DNA of 64,000 nucleotides from Bacteroidales bacterium (lineage in GTDB: Bacteria; Bacteroidota; Bacteroidia; Bacteroidales; WCHB1-69), in NCBI GenBank assembly GCA_031553535.1, contig JAVBLM010000017.1:13542-77541 (forward strand), given 5' to 3'. Shown here piece by piece: positions 30,420-40,700 of this stretch. A program made the position numbers and the translations under genes. The notes below the pieces were generated by a model. That model made no database searches. It saw nothing but the letters and a program-made list of their open reading frames with translations, and was not told the DNA's origin. Position 1 is the first letter of the stretch; every line of letters starts with the position of its first letter.

Positions 30420-32372
30420 ATGGGAAATTGTAATAATTGTAATGATGGGACTTGTGTTGTAGACAAGTCCCCGAAAGACATGGAATCCTCTCATAAAAAA
30501 GGATATATAAGAGCTGCCGTATCTTTTGTATTATTGATAACGGGCATTGTCTTTTCTGCAATAAACCTGCCTTTCTTTGAGATAAAATGGATCAGGTTGG
30601 TGTGGTACCTGGCGGCATATATCCCTGTGGGTATTCCGGTTCTTATTGAAGCATGGGAAACTATTCGTCGGAAAGATATTTTCAGTGAATTTACCCTTAT
30701 GAGTATTGCCACCATTGGAGCATTTTTTATTGAGGAATACCCCGAAGGAGTTGCCGTAATGCTGTTTTATGCCATAGGAGAATTGTTTCAGGATAGTGCG
30801 GTAAACCGCGCCAAGAGAAATATCAGTGCATTACTCGATGTCCGTCCCGAAACGGCAAACGTAGTCAGGATGAATACTGTCTTGGCAGTTTCACCCGAAG
30901 ACGTTAATGTTGGTGATATCATAGAAATTAAAGTCGGGGAAAGGGTTCCGCTCGACGGTATATTGCTTAACGTGTCGGCTTCATTCAATACGGCGGCATT
31001 GACGGGAGAAAGTGTTCCCAGAACGATACGGAAAGATGAAACCGTATTGGCAGGTATGATCCTTACCGATAATGTTTCAAGGATACAAGTCACCAAACCC
31101 TTTGGGGAAAGTGCTTTAGCCCGTATCCTTGATCTTGTCCGGAATGCGACGGAAAAGAAGGCTCCCGCCGAACAGTTTATACGTAAGTTTGCCCGCATCT
31201 ACACCCCTGTTGTTGTTGCATTGGCCGTGCTTATCGTACTGTTGCCATGGGTGTATTCTGTTATCAACCCCGCATTTTTGTACGGCTTTAACGATTGGTT
31301 GTATCGTGGACTTGTATTTCTAGTCATCTCTTGTCCATGTGCTTTGGTGATAAGCATTCCGCTCGGTTATTTCGGCGGTATCGGTGCAGCATCACGGCAC
31401 GGCATCCTGTTTAAGGGGAGTAATTACCTGGAAGCCATTACAAAGGTCAACACTGTTGTGATGGATAAGACAGGGACACTTACCCAAGGTGTCTTCAGTG
31501 TCCGGGAGATAGCCCCTGCCGGTAATTTTTCCGGACAGGAATTGCTCGAATGGATAGCATCGGTTGAAACACAAAGTACGCACCCCATAGCGAAGGCTAT
31601 TGTCGGATATGCAAGCCAAAACCGGACGGAACTACATAATTCCAAGAATGTAAGGGAAATTGCAGGTCATGGGCTGGAAGCAACCATAGAGAATAAAGAT
31701 ATACTGGTCGGAAATGTCAAACTGTTGGCTAGAAACGACATAAAGTTTCCCTCTGAAATAGCATCTATCCCCGAAACAATTGTTATTTGTGCTGTTAACG
31801 GTGTTTATGCAGGTTACATATTGGTGGCTGATGCGCCGAAAGAAGATGCAGATAAAGCGATAAGCGCCTTAAAAGAGCTGGGTATCAAAAATATTGTCAT
31901 GTTATCGGGCGATAAACAGGCGATAGTCACGAAACTCGCATCAGAATTGGGAATAGGCCATGCCTATGGGGATTTGCTCCCAGAGGGGAAAGTCGCGTAT
32001 GTGGAAAAACTGAAATCCGATCCGTCCAACAATATTGCATTCGTGGGTGATGGAATAAACGATGCTCCGGTACTTGCCATGAGTGATGTGGGAATTGCCA
32101 TGGGCGGACTTGGAAGTGATGTCGCGATTGAAACAGCCGATGTGATTATACAAACCGACGAGCCAAGCCGGATAGCTATGGCAATAAAAATAGGTAAAGC
32201 TACGCGCCGGATTATTATACAAAATATCAGCTTTGCCTTTGGCATAAAGGTAATCGTATTGATTCTGGGAGCAGGGGGCATAGCTACTTTATGGGGAGCA
32301 GTATTTGCGGACGTAGGCGTATCATTATTGGCAATCCTAAACGCAATCAGGATTTTGAGAATGAAGTTTTAG
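30420..32372 (+). CDS. cadA: Heavy-metal (Zn/Cd/Pb) translocating P1B-type ATPase
   Basis: TGES, SCPCAL, DKTGTLT, HP, GDGINDAP, ADVG. Confidence 0.92.
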   Translation: MGNCNNCNDGTCVVDKSPKDMESSHKKGYIRAAVSFVLLITGIVFSAINLPFFEIKWIRLVWYLAAYIPVGIPVLIEAWETIRRKDIFSEFTLMSIATIGAFFIEEYPEGVAVMLFYAIGELFQDSAVNRAKRNISALLDVRPETANVVRMNTVLAVSPEDVNVGDIIEIKVGERVPLDGILLNVSASFNTAALTGESVPRTIRKDETVLAGMILTDNVSRIQVTKPFGESALARILDLVRNATEKKAPAEQFIRKFARIYTPVVVALAVLIVLLPWVYSVINPAFLYGFNDWLYRGLVFLVISCPCALVISIPLGYFGGIGAASRHGILFKGSNYLEAITKVNTVVMDKTGTLTQGVFSVREIAPAGNFSGQELLEWIASVETQSTHPIAKAIVGYASQNRTELHNSKNVREIAGHGLEATIENKDILVGNVKLLARNDIKFPSEIASIPETIVICAVNGVYAGYILVADAPKEDADKAISALKELGIKNIVMLSGDKQAIVTKLASELGIGHAYGDLLPEGKVAYVEKLKSDPSNNIAFVGDGINDAPVLAMSDVGIAMGGLGSDVAIETADVIIQTDEPSRIAMAIKIGKATRRIIIQNISFAFGIKVIVLILGAGGIATLWGAVFADVGVSLLAILNAIRILRMKF

Positions 32373-32755
32373 CAAACGAAATAAATCGCGACGGGCTGTA
32401 TTATTAAGAAAACGATTAGAACACACATGGTGAGAATGGGAATCATCAATGACGTGCAACCCCTGTTTATCTAAAGTCATAAAATGAATCTATCCAACCA
32501 GGCAGGGCAAGCGCATTAAAACAACAATGAAAATATAAATATAGAATAATCAAACGAATACATTTTCTCATTGTTTGATTGCTTTTCATTGGATACTATC
32601 AATGACATTTTGCTGATCTTTCTTTTCATTATTGCAATATATTTTGATTTTAATATAATACTGTTTTCGAGAAGAAATTAATAACAAACACCCCTGCAAC
32701 AAGAACCACGCAAGGCTGTATTTGAAAAATTACTGGGCGTGGAATAAGGCCGTGT

Positions 32756-32820
32756 TAAAGTGTCCGGCGCTTACGGGCGTAAGCGTTGCTCGCTTACGCC
32801 CGTAAGCGTCCGACGCTTTA
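32756..32820. repeat. GC-rich nested palindrome (perfect 18-bp inverted repeat whose arms are themselves palindromes)
   Basis: CGCTTACGGGCGTAAGCG (32768-32785) ttgct CGCTTACGCCCGTAAGCG (32791-32808). Confidence 0.9.
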
Positions 32821-32873
32821 AAGCGGAAGCACTACCGTCAGCAATCAGGGATAGAAAAGGAAACAAGAACACC

Positions 32874-32911
32874 ATTAAGAATTAAGAATGAAAAATTAAG
32901 AATTAAGAATG
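32874..32911. repeat. Heptamer microsatellite (ATTAAGA-type)
   Basis: attaagaattaagaatgaaaaattaagaattaagaatg. Confidence 0.75.
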
Positions 32912-32960
32912 AGATAAATACAAACAACAGGCAGAAAGCAGATGTGACAAAGGGAAAAAA

Positions 32961-33006
32961 CGTCATGCTGAACTTGTTTCAGCATCCCCGTCTTTAAGGA
33001 TGACGG
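32961..33006. repeat. REP-like hairpin GTCATGCTGAACTTGTTTCAGCATC
   Basis: atgctgaa/ttcagcat stem, closed by gtcat..atgac. Confidence 0.65.
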
Positions 33007-33030
33007 AACTTGAAATGAAGCTATTAACCA

Positions 33031-33178
33031 TTGAACCGAGTTTGCGAGCTCAACGAAATTAATCTTGAAATCTTAAAATATTAAATCTTAAAATTAACAA
33101 CTAACTGATAATTAACAATTAATAACTAACAACTAAATTTTGAACCGAGCCTGCTAGCTCAACGAAGTTAATCTTGAA
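33031..33178 (+). repeat. Dispersed 39-bp repeat copies 2 and 3 separated by heptamer repeats
   Basis: 33031-33069 and 33140-33178 match 1552-1590; taacaac/taactaa/aatctta-type units between. Confidence 0.85.
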
Positions 33179-33202
33179 TATTAACCTTTAATTAAATTAA
33201 AT

Positions 33203-33277
33203 ATGAAAAACATGAAGAGGATTTTATTAATTATAACATTAATTTTGTTGTATGTACACCCAGGACATGTACAATAA
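33203..33277 (+). pseudogene. Orphan signal-peptide fragment paralogous to the start of the giant protein at 34784
   Basis: MKRILLIITLILLYVHPGHVQ* aligns gap-free with MKRVLFLLTVTLLYLQQVQAQ. Confidence 0.65.
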
Positions 33278-33543
33278 GAGATACATTTACCAGTGTGATT
33301 ATAGGAACTTTGATACAGGGAGATATTTACCATGAGTTTGGATCGTGCTATGCAATTTTGCTACCAAGGAATAAAAGTAACATTTGGTTATCAATACAAT
33401 CAATGATAAGGAATTATGCTGGAAAAAGTATTACAAAATTCCAATACTTCAATTCAAGTAAATAGCGATAAATTGATATAGGAATGTTTCTATATTAACT
33501 GTTCTTTTTGACCGGGGATGATATTGTTTTGCTTAAAAGATTA

Positions 33544-33903
33544 TTAAGAAGGGTCAGGATATTTGTTTTTTAAATTATGAATAAGATCTTCCTGAGTGGC
33601 AATTGTTTTATTCTGAGCATCTATAACTTTCTTAAGCGCATCTATTATTTCCTGTTCATTAAATCTTTTTTTTTCATTTTCTTGGATTGGTTCGGAAGAG
33701 GACACGGCTCCTTCTTTCCGTAACATTTCACCTTTTCCGGTTAAAAGCCAATTCGCATCAATTACGATATATTTATTTAGTAATTTTTCTATGATATCAT
33801 AGCTTGGTTTGTTCTTATATTTATAAATATTTAGTAATACGGCTTCAGAAATCCCTGTCTCTTGTGAGAATTTATACCTTGTATATCCAAGATAATCAAT
33901 CAC
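33544..33903 (-). CDS. XRE/cI-like HTH repressor with C-terminal coiled coil (5' end apparently frameshifted; upstream ATG at 33953)
   Basis: YKFSQETGISEAVL..KPSYDIIEKLL..DANWLLTGKGEM; no S24 peptidase domain. Confidence 0.85.
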   Translation of the reverse strand: MIDYLGYTRYKFSQETGISEAVLLNIYKYKNKPSYDIIEKLLNKYIVIDANWLLTGKGEMLRKEGAVSSSEPIQENEKKRFNEQEIIDALKKVIDAQNKTIATQEDLIHNLKNKYPDPS

Positions 33904-34050
33904 TTGTAAAAATCTTTCATTAATACTAAAGTTTTCTTTTGTTTTTCTTGCATTAATAAATAAATTTATAGTATTTTTGTCATCGGAAATATCAGATTAT
34001 GAAGGTGTTCATATGAATACTAACATGCAAAAATACTAAAAAAAAAATAT

Positions 34051-34236
34051 ATGAAAACATTTAATAAAGAATTACCTCAATTTTTACCGCATGGCTGGCG
34101 GACGGAAGTTGCTAAATCGTTAAATATTCACAGAAATACTGTTTATAAGGCAATAAAGCGTGGAGAAGATGATATTACTTATCGAAAAATAATACATGTC
34201 CTCGAACAAAAATACGGAGAACAGAAAATTAAATGA
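34051..34236 (+). CDS. Small Cro-like HTH protein divergent from the repressor
   Basis: 61 aa; LPHGWRTEVAKSLNIHRNTVYKAIK helix-turn-helix. Confidence 0.75.
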   Translation: MKTFNKELPQFLPHGWRTEVAKSLNIHRNTVYKAIKRGEDDITYRKIIHVLEQKYGEQKIK

Positions 34237-34783
34237 TTTCTTTTAGTAGAAATTCATTCATTATTTCTAAAAAAGAGGAAAAAATCAAAAATAGTTTTCA
34301 TTTCAATTAATTAGTTTTAGATTTTAAATTAAAGTTCTTTTATTATGAAAAAAACCTAAATATTAACGGATAGATATGCATTCTTATTATTGATATTTTA
34401 AAATTATTTTTTATGGGAAGGGTTTGTAAACATTTATATATTTTATTATTTGTACAATTTTATTATTATTTGCTTGAAAGAAAATCACAAAGATTGATTG
34501 GTCAATCCATTGATTTTTTTCGGTTTCCCATCGACGATGATGTAAATCCCAATATACTGAATAATTCTTATTCTAACTCTGTGACATCTTGTGTTACAGG
34601 AGTATGTGATCCCATATTTTGTAATTCCCCTTTAAGATTATAGCACAATACAAATCAAGGCTTAATGATTTTTCGTGAAGCCAAAGAAAACAAGCTGATA
34701 AGCAAAGCCGCTACTTGAAAAATACTAGGAAGAAGCCGAAAATCCTTTTACAGAGTAGGCATAAATTTAAACAAATAACGAAC

Positions 34784-37700
34784 ATGAAGAGGGTTTTATT
34801 TTTATTAACAGTAACCTTGCTGTATTTACAGCAAGTACAAGCACAACGTCAAACATGGACAGAAGATTTTGACGGCACTTTACCTCCCCCTGGATGGACG
34901 GTTTCTTCCACTTCCTTAAGTGGATCCTGGCAGCCCAATACGGTCTACTATAAACCGGGTTCATCTTCAACAAATCCCCAGTCCTACCGGGGAAAGTTAC
35001 CCGGTAATCCGGGAGATTCTATTGTCTTAACGACACCACCTTACGATTGTACGACTTTTGAGTATGTTTACCTGCGCTTCAGCCATATTTGCAAAGTATC
35101 TCCCAAAGACACTGTAAAGATACTATACCGTATAGATGGCATGGGTGCCTGGAATCCCCTGCCGGGAGGATCTTACTACCTGGGAACCTCCAATTATAAC
35201 AGTGCCAGAGGCTTTTATGCAGGCAGTTATCCCGAGTGGCGGGCGGACGACAGTACTGTTTTTCCACAGCAATCCTGGTGGCGGGACGAATTATTTGATT
35301 TGTCCGCTGTAGCAGGCATTGCGCGGGTGGAATTCCGTTTTATTATCAAGCATGGAAGCGTATATGGAACACATGTTTCCTACGGTTGGCTCCTGGATAA
35401 TTTCCAGTTGGATGCAGCCGTGCATGAGATATATCCCCCTACAGTAGAATTCATATCCCCTTATGTAAGGGATACGGTTTACAATACAGGCCCGTGGGAA
35501 ATTAATGCAAAGGTAAAAACCAACACAAGTGCTCCTATTAAAACACCCTGGCTAAAATACAGGGCAACATATAATGGAACGCTTGTTGAGTCCGATTCCA
35601 TCTTAATGACGCATGTCAGGGGTGATTCCTTATGGAGGGCAACCATTAAACAATTTATTGCAGGTACGGAAATTTCGTATTCTGTTACGGGAATTGATAG
35701 CGTTTGGAATACATCAACAGCAAATTCCGGTTATATCATTGCAATAGGGTCTGGAGAAACTCTTGTATTACAGGATGGCAGTACTTCTGTCGGATATTAT
35801 CCGTTTCAGCACGGCTATGGTTACAGTCGTTCCATGGCATTGTACCCGGCAGCAGAAATGGATAAAAAAGTACCGGGGCAGATATCGACTGTAGCCTTAC
35901 GGGTGGCTACAGCAGGGAGTGCCGGTTTTCCCATGAAAATATGGTTGGCGACAGTTCCGGCAAATAAAACCACATGGGATGCCACTGCCGACAATTTGGA
36001 TTGGGCGGTTTTGACGCAAAATGCAACATTGGTATATGATGATGTTTTCCGTTTTGCTACAACGGGTTGGAATGATATTTCGTTAACGAATATGTTTAAT
36101 TATAATGGGACGGACAATCTGGTGGTACTATTTGAACAGAATTGTACAGGCACTTCCTGTGGTAGCTGGATGTCCACCTATTCGCAGTATTATTATTCAA
36201 CAACACAAACAGAAAGGCTATGGTATAAATATTCAGATAATGCTGCCCCAACGGCAAGTTCAACCTTATATCGGTATGCCTACCGTCCGGATTTACGTAT
36301 AGGTGTTATTGGAACCACTGATTCTGTTACAGTGGCAATGCATTCCATTAATATGTCGGATACGGCTGTAATATCCCCTATGACGATGCTCCCTGTTGTC
36401 GCGACTATTAAAAATAAAGGATCGTTAAATTTAGCATCGACAGTAGTATCTTATTCCGTTAATAGCGCTGCCCCTATATCCAAAAACTGGTACATTACTC
36501 CGGGTTTGCCATGGGATTTTAACTATCAGGATACGGTAGGCTATTATACTCCCAAGGTAAACGGCTTTGATACGTTGGTTGTATGGGTCAGTTCCCCTAA
36601 TGGACAGATAGATGTTATAACCTGGGATGATACCTTAACAAAGGTCGTCTACAGTAGCACTGATATGTTTGCCAAATTTGTTAACTCTCCTGCTGATACG
36701 GTATATTCAACAGGGCCTTACGAGATAAAGGTAAAGATATCTACACTATCGGGAACGCCCGTTAATCAGGTACCCTTACAGGTTGCTTGTACGTATGAAG
36801 GAATAACGACGAATGATATTTTAACCATGGCTTTAGACGCATCGGACAATTTATGGAAAACCAGTATTCCTCAGAAGCGTGCCGGTACGGATGTGGCTTA
36901 TTCAATTAACCTGACAGATATTTTAGGCAATAATATACTGTTATCAGGCAGCTATCATATAAAATTATCTTGCGGTAGTAGCATTGCCGGAGTTGCGGAT
37001 TTCCAATATACAGGAAATATGCAATCTGTAATGCTTTCCCCAGGGAAATATGAGTTAGAATGTTGGGGTGCAGAAGGCGGAGCTACCAATGGTGGGGGTG
37101 CTGCTAGTGGCATTTCCAAAATTGCAGGTAAAGGAGGTTATTCTGTAGGGACAATAACTTTAACATCGCGAACTACGGTATATGTTTATGTTGGTGGACA
37201 AGGACTTTCGCAAGCCATTTCGGCTCCCGGAGGATTTAATGGAGGAGGTAATTCTGGCGCAGGCGCAGTAATTGCATGCGGTAGCGGTGGTGGCGCATCA
37301 GATATAAGGCTAGGCGTAGATGATTTGTACGCAAGAGTTATCGTTGCAGGTGGCGGCGGTGCGGCAGGTTTTCAGGAATGTAATGGCTCTAGCGGCGTTA
37401 TTTCAGGAGGTCATGGAGGAGGAACAACAGGGGGAACTCCTATAGCAGGTAGTTATGCTGCAAGGATAGGCCAGGGTGGCACGCAAATGGCCGGTGGTGC
37501 CGGTGGTGCCGAAACTTATGGAAATGGAAATCCGGGTAGTTTTGGTTTAGGCGGAAATGGAGCTGCAAGTGGCACTAGTGCTAACGGTGCCGGCGGCGGT
37601 GGTGGCTGGTACGGCGGTGGAGCAGGTGCTAATGGCTCTAATTGTGCAGCTGGCGGTGGTGGCGGATCCGGTTACGTCTATACCTTGGCAACGGCAAGTA

Positions 37701-40700
37701 ATTATCCGGCAGGTTGTTTACTTCCTAATTCACATTACCTTGCCGATGCCCAAATTATGGGAGGGAACCAATCGTTTTTAGGTCCAGATACTATAAGCGA
37801 AGTAGGACATTCAGGAAACGGATATGTACGGATAAGAACCATATCCCTCTTCGGTGATTGTCCGGATTATGCCGCAGGAACCTATTCCATAGATATGCCT
37901 GATACGATAATGGTATCCCCTGCAGCATTTCCGGTAGTAGCAACCATACGCAATGCAGGTGTACTGGATATAGATTCGGCGATAGTGTCATATAGTGTTA
38001 ACGGTTCTGTTCCCGTATCTAAAAAATGGTATTCTAATCCTGCCCTGCCGTGGGATTTCAATCATCAGGATACGGTAGGTTATTACGCTCCCAAGCTAAA
38101 CGGCTATGATACGCTGGTAGTATGGGTGAGCTTACCCAATGGAGAGATAGACACCATAACCTGGGACGATACCCTGACAAAAGTCATCTACGGCACTGCC
38201 GACATGTTCATCGCATTTGTTAATCCCCCTGCCGACACGGTATTTGCAACAGGCCCTTATGAGATAAAGGCAAGGGTATCCACCTTATCGGGAACGCCTG
38301 TCACTCAGGTGCCTTTACATCTTGCCTATACACATGAAGGAGTAACTACCCATGATATATTATCCATGAACCTGGACGCAGCGGATAATTTATGGAAAAC
38401 GATCATACCTCAAAAACGTTTTGGTACGGATGTGGCCTATTCCATTAACCTGACGGATCTTTTAGGAAATAATATACTGTCGTCGGATAGCTATTTTATT
38501 AAAAAGGTTTGCAGTGGTGGTAGAACCTGTGATACCAATTCGGTAGCATTGAAGTCTGTTAATTCTCCCGGAAACAGCGGGGAACCGGCGGCAATCCCTG
38601 TTCCGGTGCATGTGACCATCCTTAATAAAGGAATAGCCGATCTGGATTCCTGTTTCCTGAACTGGAGTTTAAATGGGGTGGTACAACCCGGAACAACGGT
38701 ATATAAAGGGAAGCTGCTGGATGATTTTACCGACACAATTACCATCGGATACTATATTGCTGTGGCCGGCAAGCGGGATACTGTGGCAGCATGGGTAAGC
38801 ATGCCCAACGGGCATCAGGATTCCACTACGAAGGATGATACATTAAGGGTTTCTCCTCTGGGATGCGCTTCTGTTCTTGCCGGAACATACCGGATAGGTC
38901 AGGGCGGGGCCTTTGCAAGCTTGGATGATGCCTTAACTTCAATACGTAATTGCGGGGTGAACGACCATATTACCTTAGAGTTGAAAGGGACAGATACAAC
39001 GAATGTAAATTTAAGTAATATGTCGGATTATATGCGGGGTTATACCTTAACGATAACCTCGTACGACCATGATGCCGATAGCGCTGTTATTTATGTTAAG
39101 TCCGGTACAGGAATAACATTCAATAATACAAGTAATATCGTATTTAACAATATTACTATAGATGGAAGAAACAGCAACGCACATGTTGTGAGTTTTACAG
39201 CAAAGGCAGATAATATAGTATTTAATCATTGTAAGATTCTGGGTAGCCCTACTACAACAAGCGGTTATTATTGCTTTTATAAAACATCAGGTACGGGTAT
39301 ATTGAATAAATTGACAGTGAAAAACTGTATTGTTGACGGGGGGCATACCGGAATATATTTCTATGTAGGCAGTGGAGACCGTGCAGGAATCACCAACATC
39401 TATATAGACAGCAATAAGTTTATAAATCAATATCACACAGGAGTATATTGTTATTATGTATACCCCACTAGTATTTCTTATAATAGCATTGCTCCCCGTT
39501 CGGCCGGCCAGGGAACCACATGGTACGGCATTAATGTCTATGAAGGGCGCAGCCTGTCAAGCGGCAGTAAGATTGTAGGGAACAGGATACATTCGGATAA
39601 TCCGGGAATAAGCAGTACCCTGTATGGAATGCGGACATATTATGTAGACAGTATGCTGGTGACAAATAATGAAATATATTTGCATTCATCGGCAAGTACG
39701 ACGTATGGGCTTTATATAGATTATCCCAAGGGAGTTGATTATTTACATAACAGTATATTGCTCACAGGTACGGGTGGTTCTACATTTATAGCGGTTTATT
39801 GGTATACATACGAAAATACATCCTGGGATGCGACGATGAAGAATAATATTTTTATTGCCAATGGACCGAACGCAGCATACGCAATGTATTTAATTGCAAG
39901 TCCTGCGTCCTATGCTGCCAATCACAGGATAGATTACAATAATTATTATTCCTCGGGAACCAATATGGGTTATGCCGGTACGGCACGTACAGACTTGGCA
40001 GCTTGGCGATCGGCAGTTACCACCGATATTCATTCGGTAAATATATTGCCGGAGTTTACAGATGTAAGCAGCAGCCTGATATTGGATAATTATACTTCCG
40101 TATTTTGTCCGCGGCTTCCGGGATGTACCGATGATTTACTCAAGGCTCCAAGGAGGTCGACTACTTCAATGGGGGCTTATACGATGCCGATTTCGAGTTT
40201 TGACTTGATGAATTTAGCTGTTACCAACGTACCGGCTACCGTGGTAAAAGGCCAAACCGTTACAGTAAAAGTGAATGTTATTGGTTTGGGTGATACGCTT
40301 ATCCGGAATGCAACTTTTGGATGGTCTCTCAATGGCGTTACACAAACACCACCGCCCACCCATACTTTCGCACCAGTCTTAAATACGTTTCAAACGGCAG
40401 AAATAACCATAGGTACTTTCGCCGCACAGGATACGGTAACAGATATTGTAGTTTGGATAGATCAGGTTAACGGCAAAAAGGATGATAACAGATACAACGA
40501 TACAGCAAATTTCACACTTGTTAGAGTTCCTATGATAGAATTCATGGCTCCTTTTGTAGAGGATACTATTTTTCAGTTATCATTTGGTGTAAATGCGAGA
40601 ATAAATAACGGTACGGGTGCGCCTGTTTCTATTCCTAAACTGTATATACAGACAACAGTAAATGGAAACTATCAATTATACGATAGTATTACCATGGTAC

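Noticed and set aside
34413-34643. 76-aa ORF between cro and the giant gene
   Set aside because: Low-complexity AT-rich sequence with no motif; cannot be supported as coding.
34655-34775. Riboswitch in the leader of the giant gene
   Set aside because: A ggctt/aagcc hairpin and GCAAA motif are present but do not fit a riboswitch consensus I can verify; needs an Rfam scan.
36341-38503. Diversity-generating retroelement TR/VR pair
   Set aside because: Both copies are in-frame coding domains, the differences are not adenine-specific, and no reverse transcriptase is present.
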